Assembly: GCA_038999435.1 (NCBI GenBank)
Contig: JAVZYR010000001.1
Coordinates: 18,944-82,943, forward strand
Length of the DNA: 64,000 nucleotides
From: Candidatus Aenigmatarchaeota archaeon
GTDB lineage: Archaea; Aenigmatarchaeota; Aenigmatarchaeia; QMZP01
Direction: 5' to 3'
Shown here: piece by piece, positions 8,378 through 18,638 of the stretch
How positions within the stretch are numbered: position 1 is the first letter of the stretch
Layout: the number at the start of each line of letters is the position of its first letter
Position numbers and translations under genes: made by a program
Notes under the pieces: generated by a model
Told to the model about the DNA's origin: nothing
Database searches by the model: none
The model's input: only the letters and a program-made list of their open reading frames with translations

Positions 8378-9973
8378 ATGGCAGAAAAAACAACTGAAGG
8401 CATAGAATATAATGGGGCTGTCAAGTCAGCAGAAGAACTCGCACGGGAACAAAGGGAGATATCAATATCAGAATTTTTTGAAAAAAACAGGCATCTTTTA
8501 GGCTATGACAACAAAACAAAAGCGCTGATGATTATTGTAAAAGAGGCGGTTGATAATGCACTCGATGCATGTGAAGAAGCAAGGATACTCCCAGAGATTT
8601 ATGTTAAGGTTGAAGAGGTTGAAGAAGAGAAATACAAGATTGTTGTAAGGGATAATGGCCCTGGCATAGTTAAAAAGAATATACCAAAAATATTTGGAAC
8701 GCTTCTTTATGGTTCGAAGTTTCACAGGCTGAGGCAGAGCCGTGGTGCGCAAGGCCTTGGCATATCCTGCGCAGTGCTCTATTCACAGCTAACAACAGGC
8801 ATGCCAACAGAAATACTCAGCTCAACAGGTGATGGTGTAACGCATCGCTACAAACTTAAAATAAATGTAAAAAAGAATGAGGCAGATGTGCTCGAGGAAG
8901 AAAGCATAGACATGGGAAAATGGCATGGTGTACAGATAACATTTTTTGCTGAAGGTGTATACAAAGAGCATAAGCAATCAATTTTGGAATATCTCAAACA
9001 AACAGCCATGACAAATCCCTATGCATACATCATTTTCGATGCACCGACAGGCAGAATAGAATTTACAAGGGCTGTGGACAGCTTACCAGTTGAGGCAAAA
9101 GAGATAAATCCACATTTGCATGGTGTAGAGATTGGCATGCTTGAGAGGATGCTTCACGATACAAAGGCAAGAAGTCTTCAGTCATTCTTTGTTACAGAAT
9201 TTACAAGGGTCGGGAGTACAACTGCAAAACAGATATGCGAGAAGGCAGGTATTGACCCGAGAACATCTCCAAGACGCGTGACTGATGAACAATTAAGACA
9301 ACTGATGAAAGCGATAAAAGAGACGAAACTTCTTGCACCACCTACTGATGTATTATCCCCACTTGGAGAAGAGCTTATAGAAAAAGGCATGAAAAAAGAA
9401 CTTGCACCTGAATTTGTAGTTGCTGTTTCAAGGTCTCCTGCTGTTTATAGAGGTTGGCCATTCCAGATAGAGGTTGGACTGGCATATGGTGGACAAATTC
9501 AAGAAGCAAGGCTTTATAGATTTGCAAACAGGGTTCCATTACTTTACAAACAAGGTGATTGTGCAATAACCCATGCTGTCGAGGAAATAGACTGGAAAAG
9601 ATATGGTATTGAAGGTGAGATGCAGATTGGAAAGGCAGGAAGCCCACCAATTGCGATATTTGTGCATATATGTTCTGTTTGGGTTCCATTTACATCTGAA
9701 TCAAAGGAGGCTGTTGCATCATATCCTATAATAATAAAAGAAACAAAACTTGCAATACAGGATGCGGCAAGAAAGCTTTCTCTTTATCTTTCAGGAAAGA
9801 GAAAAGCAGAGTGGCAGAGTCAGAGGCTCAAGACATTCGAGAAGTATGCAGATGAGACTGCCCGGGCCCTTGCAGAGCTTGTGGCAAAGCCAAAGGAAGA
9901 AATAAAAGCAATGATACTTGAAATAATAAAGAAAGGTGAATTTGTAGAGGATGAGGAAAATGGAAAAGGATAG
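8378..9973 (+). CDS. top6B: DNA topoisomerase VI subunit B
   Basis: GHKL motifs EAVDNALDA, DNGPG, GSKFH, SRGAQGLG; RFANRVPL. Confidence 0.97.
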   Translation: MAEKTTEGIEYNGAVKSAEELAREQREISISEFFEKNRHLLGYDNKTKALMIIVKEAVDNALDACEEARILPEIYVKVEEVEEEKYKIVVRDNGPGIVKKNIPKIFGTLLYGSKFHRLRQSRGAQGLGISCAVLYSQLTTGMPTEILSSTGDGVTHRYKLKINVKKNEADVLEEESIDMGKWHGVQITFFAEGVYKEHKQSILEYLKQTAMTNPYAYIIFDAPTGRIEFTRAVDSLPVEAKEINPHLHGVEIGMLERMLHDTKARSLQSFFVTEFTRVGSTTAKQICEKAGIDPRTSPRRVTDEQLRQLMKAIKETKLLAPPTDVLSPLGEELIEKGMKKELAPEFVVAVSRSPAVYRGWPFQIEVGLAYGGQIQEARLYRFANRVPLLYKQGDCAITHAVEEIDWKRYGIEGEMQIGKAGSPPIAIFVHICSVWVPFTSESKEAVASYPIIIKETKLAIQDAARKLSLYLSGKRKAEWQSQRLKTFEKYADETARALAELVAKPKEEIKAMILEIIKKGEFVEDEENGKG

Positions 9974-11057
9974 TGTGGAAAAACCAAATGAGAAGTTGAA
10001 GAGCCTTGGCTTAGATGTGCTGAGCCAGCTTCAAGCAAAGAAAAATCCTGACATAGTCCTACCAATAAGGACACTTGGTAACATATATTTTGATGAAAAA
10101 TCAAGGCTCATCATGCTTGGTGATAAAAAAGCGCACAGAACATATCTGAACGTTGCACACACAAGAAAATTTATGCAAACATTAATGGTAGCGGCTGAGT
10201 GTAAAAAAATCATTGAGCAAGGCGTCACAACTTCGATTAGAGACCTTTATTATGCACTAAAGAGGACAATACCTGGAACACAAGAAAATACATTCGAGGA
10301 GCAGGATGAAAGTGACCCTATCATAGAAGATTTAGAAGCAGCACTTGATGTGCTCAGGGAAACATTGCATTTGCGTGCTGATAGAAAGGGATATGCTGCA
10401 GGCCCAATAAAAATAAACGATGGAGGAGATGTCATAGATTGTACAAAGATGGGCACATCTGGTTGGGCAATACCATCAAATGTGGAACCAGAGATTATAA
10501 AGTTTATTGAAAATAAAGCAAAATTTGTGCTTGTTATAGAGAAAGATGCAGTGTGGCAAAGGTTGAATGAGGACAAGTTTTGGCAAAAGCATAATTGCAT
10601 AATAGTTACAGGAAAGGGACAGCCTGATAGAGGAACAAGAAGGCTTATCAATAGGTTGCATAACGAGCTTGGTTTACCTATCTATGTGCTTACAGATGCA
10701 GATCCATGGGGATATTATATATATTCTGTTATCAAGCAAGGTAGTATAAATCTCAGCTTCTTATCAGACAGACTTGGAACACCTGATGCAAAATTCATAG
10801 GTCTGACAACTACTGATGTAGAAGAATTTAACATACCAAAGAATGTTACAATAAAGCTTGACCAAGGAGATATAAAAAGAACTCAAGAGATGTTAAATTA
10901 TATCTGGTTCAAACCAAAAGAGTGGCAGGAGGAGTTGAAAAATATGCTAAAAATTGGATATAAGTTAGAGCTTGAAGCACTATCAGCAAAAGGAATAAAA
11001 TTTATATCTGAGGTCTATCTTCCTAAAAAGATAAAAGAACAAAGATTTTTGCCTTAA
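9951..11057 (+). CDS. top6A: DNA topoisomerase VI subunit A
   Basis: SIRDLYY catalytic Tyr, IEKDA and DADPWG TOPRIM motifs. Confidence 0.97.
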   Translation: MRKMEKDSVEKPNEKLKSLGLDVLSQLQAKKNPDIVLPIRTLGNIYFDEKSRLIMLGDKKAHRTYLNVAHTRKFMQTLMVAAECKKIIEQGVTTSIRDLYYALKRTIPGTQENTFEEQDESDPIIEDLEAALDVLRETLHLRADRKGYAAGPIKINDGGDVIDCTKMGTSGWAIPSNVEPEIIKFIENKAKFVLVIEKDAVWQRLNEDKFWQKHNCIIVTGKGQPDRGTRRLINRLHNELGLPIYVLTDADPWGYYIYSVIKQGSINLSFLSDRLGTPDAKFIGLTTTDVEEFNIPKNVTIKLDQGDIKRTQEMLNYIWFKPKEWQEELKNMLKIGYKLELEALSAKGIKFISEVYLPKKIKEQRFLP

Positions 11058-11105
11058 ATATTTTGAGAGCTGCACAAACTAATTAATAACAATTAAAAAT
11101 ATTTT

Positions 11106-13097
11106 ATGGCGCACACACTTGTGATTGCTGAAAAGCCAAGTGCAGCAAAAAAGATTGCTGAGGCAATAGGAAAGGCAAAAGCAGAAAGAATAGGAAAAGT
11201 GACATATTGGAGGATAAAAGGGAAAAAAGAGATAGTTGTTGTGCCTGCAGTTGGCCATCTATTCACTCTGGTTGAAACAGGAAATCAATGGACATATCCT
11301 GTTTTTGATTTAAAATGGAGACCGATATTTGAGGCTGAAAAGGGTGCTGCTTGGACAAAACAATATTTTAATGTTATTAAACAGCTTGCAAAAGATGCCG
11401 ATGAGTTTGTTGCAGCAACAGATTTTGATATCGAGGGTTCAGTGATCGCCTTTAACATTTTGCGATTTTTATGTCAGGCTAACGATGCAAAAAGAATGAA
11501 ATTTTCAACTCTAACCAAAGAAGAGCTTAACAATGCCTTTAAAAGACCAATGCCGCATCTTGATTGGCCACAGATATGGGCTGGGCTTACAAGGCATGAG
11601 ATGGATTTCTATTGGGGTATAAATCTCTCTCGGGCACTTAGCCTTTCTGTAAAAGCAGCAGGAGGCTACAAAACATTATCTATAGGTAGGGTACAAGGGC
11701 CAACCCTGAATATACTTGAAAAGCGAGAAAGAGAAATTGCAAACTTTGTTTCAAAGCCATATTGGCAGATTTTTTTGATAGCAGATGGTATAAAGGCAAT
11801 GCATACAGGTGGCAACATAACATCAAAAACAAAAGCAGATGAGATTTTTAAAAAATGCAAAGGAAAGCAAGCAATTGTATCCAAAATAAAGGAAAAAAAG
11901 GTCAGCGTAGCACAGCCATGTCCTTTTAATTTAACAGATCTGCAAAGAGAGGCATATGCAATTTTTGGTTTTTCTCCAAAAATGACACTTGATATTGCAC
12001 AAGCCCTGTATGAGCAGGCACTTATCAGCTATCCAAGAACCTCAAGCCAAAAATTACCTGATAAGATAGGATACAAAGGTATAATAGAAAACATATCAAA
12101 AATACCAGAATACAAAAAGGATGCATTAGATTTGTTAACAAAAAGGCTTAAACCAAGAGAGGGGCCAAAGACAGACCCTGCACATCCTGCAATATATCCA
12201 ACAGGTTTGATACCTCATACCCTTACAACACAACAGAAAAAACTATATGACTTAATTGTCAGAAGATTTCTCTCAACATTCACAGACCCTGCAACAGCAC
12301 TTTCAACTGACATTGAAATAAAAATAGACGATGAGACGTTTAAAGCAAAAGGATATAAAATAGTAGAAAAGGGATGGTTGGATGTATACAAATACACAAA
12401 GATAAAAGAGATTGAGCTACCAAAATTAAGAGAAGGTCAAATCATAACAGCCAAGATTGAGATTGTTGAAAAGCAGACACAACCACCACCAAGATATACA
12501 CAGGCATCAATATTAAAAGAAATGGAATCTTTGAGTTTGGGTACAAAAGGAACCCGTGCACTAATACTGCAAACCCTTTATGACAGGGGATATGTTGCTG
12601 AGGGCTCAATATATGTTACAGAGCTTGGAAAGGCAATAGTTTCGGCATTGGAAAAATACTGCCCTGATATACTTTCTGTTGACCTCACAAGACATTTTGA
12701 ATCTGCCATGGAGCACATACAGGAAGGTAAAGAGAGTCCAGAAAAAATTTTAAAAGAGGCAAAGGATAAACTTGAGGAGATATTGAAAGATATTAAAAAA
12801 AGGGAAAAAGAGATAGGTCTTGTGATTATAGATGCGATAAAAAAGCTTGCAAGGACCCAGGCATATGTTGGGCAATGTGATTGCGGAGGAGAGATGGTAA
12901 TAAGGAAATCGAAAAATGGAAAACGTTTTGTTGCATGTACAAAATGGCCTGCTTGTAACAAAACATTCAATCTACCTGCCCAAGGGATGTTAACAGTAAC
13001 AAAAGAAAAATGTAATTGTGGCCTTTTCATCATCAGAATTAAACAAAAAGGAAAAAGGGCCTGGAAATTATGTGTAAGATGTGGATTTAAAATATAA
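11106..13097 (+). CDS. topA: Type IA DNA topoisomerase
   Basis: AEKPS, ATDFDIEG, GRVQ, ISYPRT and C-terminal Zn ribbons. Confidence 0.95.
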   Translation: MAHTLVIAEKPSAAKKIAEAIGKAKAERIGKVTYWRIKGKKEIVVVPAVGHLFTLVETGNQWTYPVFDLKWRPIFEAEKGAAWTKQYFNVIKQLAKDADEFVAATDFDIEGSVIAFNILRFLCQANDAKRMKFSTLTKEELNNAFKRPMPHLDWPQIWAGLTRHEMDFYWGINLSRALSLSVKAAGGYKTLSIGRVQGPTLNILEKREREIANFVSKPYWQIFLIADGIKAMHTGGNITSKTKADEIFKKCKGKQAIVSKIKEKKVSVAQPCPFNLTDLQREAYAIFGFSPKMTLDIAQALYEQALISYPRTSSQKLPDKIGYKGIIENISKIPEYKKDALDLLTKRLKPREGPKTDPAHPAIYPTGLIPHTLTTQQKKLYDLIVRRFLSTFTDPATALSTDIEIKIDDETFKAKGYKIVEKGWLDVYKYTKIKEIELPKLREGQIITAKIEIVEKQTQPPPRYTQASILKEMESLSLGTKGTRALILQTLYDRGYVAEGSIYVTELGKAIVSALEKYCPDILSVDLTRHFESAMEHIQEGKESPEKILKEAKDKLEEILKDIKKREKEIGLVIIDAIKKLARTQAYVGQCDCGGEMVIRKSKNGKRFVACTKWPACNKTFNLPAQGMLTVTKEKCNCGLFIIRIKQKGKRAWKLCVRCGFKI

Positions 13098-13111
13098 ACC
13101 GTACAATAGAT

Positions 13112-13348
13112 ATGGGGATTAAAATTAAAAGGCCTATTTACGAATCAAAAGAAAAGTATTTCAAAAGGATAGAAAAATGGTTTGTAATATTGTTTTCAAT
13201 ACTAATTATACTAATCGTTTTGTATGGTATTAACTGGTCATTTCAAAAAAGTGCATGGGAACTTGGGATATTCTTTGTAATCCTTGTTGTAATATTAATA
13301 CCTATAACTATTGTTGCTATTGATATGATTACCTGGGAAGGAGAGTAG
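13112..13348 (+). CDS. Small two-TM membrane protein
   Basis: Two hydrophobic segments in a 78-aa ORF. Confidence 0.6.
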   Translation: MGIKIKRPIYESKEKYFKRIEKWFVILFSILIILIVLYGINWSFQKSAWELGIFFVILVVILIPITIVAIDMITWEGE

Positions 13349-13359
13349 AGCAGTTCAGT

Positions 13360-13503
13360 CTATGCTCCAGTTATCCTGAAAACGGTTGTTCCACACTTTG
13401 GACACTTTCCCTTTACTGCCTTTTTTCCTGTTTTCAGTTTTACTTCCTTTCCATCTGCTATTTCAACCTTTTTCTTGCACTTTACGCAATAACCTTGTAC
13501 CAT
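13360..13503 (-). CDS. Small basic Zn-ribbon protein, DUF5679/Cren7-like (47 aa)
   Basis: Below the track's size cutoff. MVQGYCVKCKKKVEIADGKEVKLKTGKKAVKGKCPKCGTTVFRITGA; two CxxC; GGAGGT SD upstream. Confidence 0.85.
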   Translation of the reverse strand: MVQGYCVKCKKKVEIADGKEVKLKTGKKAVKGKCPKCGTTVFRITGA

Positions 13504-13554
13504 TTTGACCTCCTTTTTTTATTATTTTTATTTTATATCCCTTTATAAATAAAA

Positions 13555-13770
13555 ATGGCAAAGCTTGCATTCTCAACTTTTAAACAGATTCTGAAGGAGG
13601 CATCAAAAGGGATAAGGGTTTCAAAAAATGCAAACATTGCATTTATAGAACATATGGAATCTTATGCAAAATCTATAGCAAAGGAAGCTGCAGAGCTTGC
13701 ACGTCATGCTGGTCGAAAGACGATAACAGAGGATGACATAAAATTTATTCTAAAAAAGAGAAAGGAATAG
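13555..13770 (+). CDS. Archaeal histone (HMf-type)
   Basis: RVSKNA and ARHAGRKTITEDDI histone-fold motifs. Confidence 0.92.
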   Translation: MAKLAFSTFKQILKEASKGIRVSKNANIAFIEHMESYAKSIAKEAAELARHAGRKTITEDDIKFILKKRKE

Positions 13771-13771
13771 C

Positions 13772-14362
13772 TTATCTTGCACCCTCTGCTTCCTTTTCTA
13801 TCCTTTGTCTTTCTCTTATCGCAAAACATTTTTGGTCATTTTGATATGCTGCAATTATTTCTTCTGCTATCGCCTCTGCAAGTGTTTTCTTCTTTCTGAA
13901 ACAGCTTGAATATACACCTTGTGCAAGATGGCGAAGTGCTAAGTCGAGCCGTCTTTGTGGTGATACTACAACCGCCTTTCTCGCTATTATACCACCAAGC
14001 CTATATGCTGCTATTTCTTCAACAATGGCTGAATTCTCTATTGCTTTTATAAATATCTGAACAGGGTTTGCCTTTAACCTTTTTTCTATAATCTCAAATG
14101 CCTCTTTTGTTGAAAGGTAAATATTTTGGATATTTGCAGGGCAGTGCCCAGATGTAATTTTATGTTTCTTTCCACGATGGCCTGGGACCATAAGCTTATT
14201 CATAAATCTTTCAACAATATTAACCCTTTCTTTGTGTAGGTTAGGTATCCATCTCCCTCCAGTCCTTGGAACAATAATCGGCTTAAGATTTATGTATTTT
14301 TTCAATCCTAAATCTTCAACCTTAACATCCTTTGTATCCCATCTATTAAAAAGCAGAATCAT
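13772..14362 (-). CDS. rps7: Ribosomal protein uS7
   Basis: LFNRWD...[21 protein letters not shown]. Confidence 0.95.
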   Translation of the reverse strand: MILLFNRWDTKDVKVEDLGLKKYINLKPIIVPRTGGRWIPNLHKERVNIVERFMNKLMVPGHRGKKHKITSGHCPANIQNIYLSTKEAFEIIEKRLKANPVQIFIKAIENSAIVEEIAAYRLGGIIARKAVVVSPQRRLDLALRHLAQGVYSSCFRKKKTLAEAIAEEIIAAYQNDQKCFAIRERQRIEKEAEGAR

Positions 14363-14787
14363 GCCCCACCTTTAGGTTTCTCTTTTTTACCTTTCAATAT
14401 CTCAGAAAGAGCAACGCCATTGACCGCAATAACCTTATATTTCACACCATGCATCGAACCAACAGCCCCACCCTGTGATGCACCAAGGCCCTCAATGATG
14501 ACCTCATCATGCTCATCTATATGTTGTATTGCACCTGTTTTTGGCACAACAGCCGTTACTTGTATGCCATTTTTTAACAACTGACATCTTACAGCCTTAA
14601 TTATACCTGAATGTGGCTGCTTTTGTTCTATACCTCTTTTTTTAAGAACGATTGCCCTTCCTTGTGGTGCACCTTCAAGAGGATCAAGGGCCCAGAGTTT
14701 GAGAAGCTTCTTCTTTTTTGCACGAGAGTTCCATCTAAACTTTTTCCTCTTTCTCTTCAGATTTCGTGCTGAAAACAGCCCGCTCAT
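14359..14787 (-). CDS. rps12: Ribosomal protein uS12
   Basis: [28 protein letters not shown]. Confidence 0.95.
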   Translation of the reverse strand: MSGLFSARNLKRKRKKFRWNSRAKKKKLLKLWALDPLEGAPQGRAIVLKKRGIEQKQPHSGIIKAVRCQLLKNGIQVTAVVPKTGAIQHIDEHDEVIIEGLGASQGGAVGSMHGVKYKVIAVNGVALSEILKGKKEKPKGGA

Positions 14788-14822
14788 ATATTCTTCTTAT
14801 AAATTTATTTATTAATAATGTT

Positions 14823-15251
14823 ATGCAAGAACAAAAATATCCAGAACCAACCTGTGGGGCATTGATTTTTAATCCAGAAGGCAGAATACTTTTGATAAAA
14901 TCATATAAGTGGAAGAATAAATATACAATACCTGGCGGACATATTGAACTTGGAGAGAAGATTAAAGATACCCTAAAAAGAGAGATAAAAGAAGAGACTG
15001 GACTGAATATTCATGACATAAAATTCATCTGCTTTCATGAATTTATTTATGGTAAGGAATTTTGGAAGAAAAAGCATTTTATCTTTCTTGACTTTGCATG
15101 TAAAACAAAATCAAAAAATGTCAGGCTCAATTCAGAGGGACAGGGGTTTGTGTGGGTCACGCTGAGCAAAGCATTAAAAATGCCAATTGATTCTTATACA
15201 AGGAAAACAATAAAAGAATATTTAAAAAAAGCCAAATCTAAAATGCTATAA
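14823..15251 (+). CDS. NUDIX hydrolase
   Basis: PGGHIELGE...REIKEETG Nudix box; ATG 14823 chosen over the upstream GTG, which overlaps rps12. Confidence 0.9.
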   Translation: MQEQKYPEPTCGALIFNPEGRILLIKSYKWKNKYTIPGGHIELGEKIKDTLKREIKEETGLNIHDIKFICFHEFIYGKEFWKKKHFIFLDFACKTKSKNVRLNSEGQGFVWVTLSKALKMPIDSYTRKTIKEYLKKAKSKML

Positions 15252-15449
15252 CAACTTTCTTCTCGTTGCAACAGCAACAGATATCCAGCAAAGCCCTCCA
15301 AGTAATACGAGAAGGAATGCAATTGCCAAAGCAAGCATATACGAGGTTGTTGAAACACCAACTGTCATTTCAAGCCTCTGTGTAATCCATATCGCTGCCA
15401 GCAGAAATATTGAGCCAATAATCCATACAGCCACAAGTTTTCCTGACAT
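15246..15449 (-). CDS. Small two-TM membrane protein
   Basis: Two hydrophobic helices; starts 1 nt after the rpoD stop. Confidence 0.65.
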   Translation of the reverse strand: MSGKLVAVWIIGSIFLLAAIWITQRLEMTVGVSTTSYMLALAIAFLLVLLGGLCWISVAVATRRKLL

Positions 15450-15450
15450 A

Positions 15451-16215
15451 TTAAGCTTTGGAGAGAAGCTTTTTAAATTCTTCTGCCTTTCCTATCAGTA
15501 TCTCAGCAGCCTTTTTCACTATGTAATCAGGCTCAAGCCCTGATACGGATTCTATCCTGAATATGAATTTGCTCTCATCACCTTTTATGTTAATTTCTGG
15601 TTCGCATGCCCTACACATATCACATTTTACAGGGTCTTTTAACAAAACCTTTTTTCCACTAACTTCTAAAATATCTTTTGGACATTTCTTTGCAGCTTTA
15701 TCTGCCCCCTCACCTGTTTTAGCAATCTCAGGCCAATACTGATATCCAACTATTGCTGCCTGATGCCTAGCATGTTCTTTTCCTATACCAAGCCTTGCTA
15801 CAGCTTCTAATCTTATACTTTGTCCTTCAAGAAGTTCAACAATTGGAAAATCTGGACTAAGTGGTTTAACTGTTTTGTTTGAAGATATCATATCACCAGA
15901 ATAAACAGTGCAAGGGCCACGCTTTTCTATTATAAATGAAACCTGGCATAAACTACATCCTTTCCCACCACATTTACATTCTTCAGAAAAATTAAATTTT
16001 TCCGGATCTGCTATAAGAGGTATAAGGCCTATTCTATGCGCTATCATTTCATCAAAGAGTATTGAAGTATTTTCATGTACATCTATCCATTTCACAGCTA
16101 GCACAGGAATCTCAGATTGCATGATTCTTCTCAATGCATTTGCAAAGGCAGGACTTGACCCTTCTAAAATAAATGTCAGCTTCTTTCCATCCTTTTTAAC
16201 CATTTTAATTTTCAT
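15451..16215 (-). CDS. rpoD: RNA polymerase subunit D (Rpo3)
   Basis: FANALRR, DEMIAHRIGLIP, Cys cluster and ferredoxin-like CxxCxxC. Confidence 0.95.
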   Translation of the reverse strand: MKIKMVKKDGKKLTFILEGSSPAFANALRRIMQSEIPVLAVKWIDVHENTSILFDEMIAHRIGLIPLIADPEKFNFSEECKCGGKGCSLCQVSFIIEKRGPCTVYSGDMISSNKTVKPLSPDFPIVELLEGQSIRLEAVARLGIGKEHARHQAAIVGYQYWPEIAKTGEGADKAAKKCPKDILEVSGKKVLLKDPVKCDMCRACEPEINIKGDESKFIFRIESVSGLEPDYIVKKAAEILIGKAEEFKKLLSKA

Positions 16216-16216
16216 A

Positions 16217-16609
16217 TCAATATCTTATCAATTTCAATTCAGCATTAAAATATTTTTCAACAATCTCTTTTGCTATTTGTGCCCTTTTCCCGCTCACAGG
16301 ATATTCAACATATGCAGTGATCACATTTTTATCCATCTCTAATTGTTTAACATAAGGTATCATACCTTTTATTGTTTTCTCTACATCTTTTTCTATCCCA
16401 ATAATTTGTACAGGTCTATTGATGATCTTTGATAAGGTTTTGATATTCATTCCATTTTTTCCTGTTATTGTGCCAATTTTTTTCCCATCAACCAGAAAAT
16501 AGACACATTCATCTTTTGTTATGCAATCTATCGGGTGATTTTTGGTTATTTTTTCAAATGAAACAATGTTTCTAAATTCTTCAGTTGAGAGCTTTTTTGC
16601 TACTTGCAT
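16217..16609 (-). CDS. nusA: Archaeal NusA (KH-domain) transcription factor
   Basis: GKNGMNIK KH motif; follows eL30. Confidence 0.8.
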   Translation of the reverse strand: MQVAKKLSTEEFRNIVSFEKITKNHPIDCITKDECVYFLVDGKKIGTITGKNGMNIKTLSKIINRPVQIIGIEKDVEKTIKGMIPYVKQLEMDKNVITAYVEYPVSGKRAQIAKEIVEKYFNAELKLIRY

Positions 16610-16863
16610 ATTCCCACCATTAATGTGCTGAATGGTTTTCCACAGATTTGACCTAATCTCTTTGAATCACCATCAAATGCAACAATTTTTATTTTTGATA
16701 TTTTTGCATAATAATTTAAATTTTTAACAACATCCTCAGGGCAGTTTTTTGCATAAAATATCTCCTCTATCTTACCTCTTTTCGCCATTTTAAAAACTAT
16801 TTTGCTGCCTATACATATATTTCCTTTTTTCACTGCTTGCAAAATCTCTTTTTCAATAGACAT
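16600..16863 (-). CDS. rpl30e: Ribosomal protein eL30
   Basis: IGSK, AKNCP, LGQICGKPF. Confidence 0.92.
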   Translation of the reverse strand: MSIEKEILQAVKKGNICIGSKIVFKMAKRGKIEEIFYAKNCPEDVVKNLNYYAKISKIKIVAFDGDSKRLGQICGKPFSTLMVGICK

Positions 16864-17239
16864 AACCAAGTAGAACACCACCTGTACCTTTTTTCTTAGC
16901 ATCATTATGGGTCATTACCCCATTCGGTGTACTTATTATGAGTATGCCTATGTTTGCTGCTGGCAGATATCTTTTTTCGAATTTTATTATTTCATTCTTA
17001 GAAGCAGAAAACCTTGGCCTTATTGCACCACAATTATTTATTTTTCCAGAAAGTTTTATCCTTAACAGTCCACTTTTTCCGTCTTCTATGAATGTGACAT
17101 CTGATATGTATTTTTCTTTTTGCATTATTTTCAGTATTGCTTTTGCAAGATTCGAAGCAGGGATTATGCATTCCTTTTTACCCATCGCTTCCGCATTTCT
17201 TATTATTGTGAACATATCAGATATCAAATCGTGTTTCAT
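16853..17239 (-). CDS. rps8: Ribosomal protein uS8
   Basis: INNCGAIRPRF, EKRYLPA, ISTPNGVMTH. Confidence 0.95.
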   Translation of the reverse strand: MKHDLISDMFTIIRNAEAMGKKECIIPASNLAKAILKIMQKEKYISDVTFIEDGKSGLLRIKLSGKINNCGAIRPRFSASKNEIIKFEKRYLPAANIGILIISTPNGVMTHNDAKKKGTGGVLLGYVY

Positions 17240-17240
17240 A

Positions 17241-17462
17241 TTACTGATATTTTTTAAACCCAAGTTTTTCTGCAACCTCCCTAAAGCATTGTCTACAATA
17301 ATTAAGGCCGTATTTTCTCACAACACCTCTCGTTTTTCCACAAATCTTGCATGGATGTACAGATTTTCCAAACTTCCTTTTTTTCGGTGAGCAAAATTTA
17401 TCAAACCTTGCCAATTTTACCGGCTTCTCTTTTAACTGATTTCTTATTTCTTCTCTTGTCAT
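17241..17462 (-). CDS. rps14: Ribosomal protein uS14
   Basis: CKICG...[12 protein letters not shown]...LGFKK. Confidence 0.95.
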   Translation of the reverse strand: MTREEIRNQLKEKPVKLARFDKFCSPKKRKFGKSVHPCKICGKTRGVVRKYGLNYCRQCFREVAEKLGFKKYQ

Positions 17463-17965
17463 ACTATTCTAACACCGAGATTTGTTTTAACCCAATTTAT
17501 TGTATCCTCTTTTGTTATCATATGTCTTTTGCCTATTTTTTTCTTTTTAATTTTTCTCATTTTTATTCTAAAACCCGGCCTTTTTAAAGTCACACAAACA
17601 TCCATCCCAAGAAGGCCTATTTCAGGTATATATCGAACACCAGGTATGTGAACATATTCTTTAACACCAAATGAAAAATTCCCAGCATCAAATTGCGTTG
17701 CAGAGAGTTTATTATCATTTGCTTGCAAGAATCTTTTTAACCATTCCATTGCTTCCTTTCCTCTCAATGTAACCTTTACACCTATTGGCCTTCCTTTAGC
17801 CATGCCAAATGTGGTTCTTTTTTTTGTTTTTGTTATAACAACTTTTTTACCTATTATTTTTTCAAGTAAGGTTTTTGCCTTCTCAAGTTTTGGCCCTGCC
17901 TCTCCTGCGCCTATGTTAATTGTTACCTTTTCCAGTCTTATCTCCCGCATCGGATTTTCTTCCAT
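17459..17965 (-). CDS. rpl5: Ribosomal protein uL5
   Basis: [28 protein letters not shown]. Confidence 0.96.
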   Translation of the reverse strand: MEENPMREIRLEKVTINIGAGEAGPKLEKAKTLLEKIIGKKVVITKTKKRTTFGMAKGRPIGVKVTLRGKEAMEWLKRFLQANDNKLSATQFDAGNFSFGVKEYVHIPGVRYIPEIGLLGMDVCVTLKRPGFRIKMRKIKKKKIGKRHMITKEDTINWVKTNLGVRIV

Positions 17966-18638
17966 GTTCGCCTCCTAAAACCAATACGTATTCCTTAAGC
18001 GTTTCTATACTTTCATTTTGGCTCTTTATTTTAACAGTAGAAACCTGAGTCAAGTCTTTCCTTTCTTTAATACTCTCTATTTTTCCTTTGGTTCCTATAT
18101 TTTTACCAGATATGATAATTGCTGTCTGACCTTTTTCAAAAGGATAATGGTCTAATATCTTTTGTTCAGGTATTGATATGAGAAGGCTATCCCCTGTTTT
18201 GTATTTTTTGTCTTTAACTAAAATATTTCGACCATCATGTAGGTTAAGTTGGATAAGACCTCCCTTTACATTTTTCTTTCCTATTATTTTGCATATCTTT
18301 GTTTCAGCATCTTTCTTTCCTATTTTTTCAAGTTCATATCCTCTTTTCCCAGGTACTACGCGATAAATACCAAAACCTTCTATATCAATTACATCCATAA
18401 GCCCAACAGGAAATGCTGGCTCTTTTCTAACCTTTCCATCAATCTTTACCTTGCCCTCTTTAATGATTTTTTTTGCCTCTTTTGCTGTATCAGCAATACC
18501 AAATTTATCCCTTAATATAATCTGAAGAGGGAGACATGCATGGGCAGGATGGGGCCCTGGCTTAGGTCTTACGACCCAAGTATATGGCTTAACGGGTAAT
18601 CTCCACTCAATCGGCATTGCATATCTTTTGAGTCTCAT
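17916..18638 (-). CDS. rps4e: Ribosomal protein eS4
   Basis: LKR..MP..W, PGPH, PVGLMDVI, LNLHDGRN. Confidence 0.95.
   Translation of the reverse strand: MRLKRYAMPIEWRLPVKPYTWVVRPKPGPHPAHACLPLQIILRDKFGIADTAKEAKKIIKEGKVKIDGKVRKEPAFPVGLMDVIDIEGFGIYRVVPGKRGYELEKIGKKDAETKICKIIGKKNVKGGLIQLNLHDGRNILVKDKKYKTGDSLLISIPEQKILDHYPFEKGQTAIIISGKNIGTKGKIESIKERKDLTQVSTVKIKSQNESIETLKEYVLVLGGEHGRKSDAGDKTGKGNN

Noticed and set aside
17916..17965. 50-nt overlap between rps4e and rpl5
   Set aside because: Best explained by stop-codon drift adding a low-complexity tail; no sign of a separate function.
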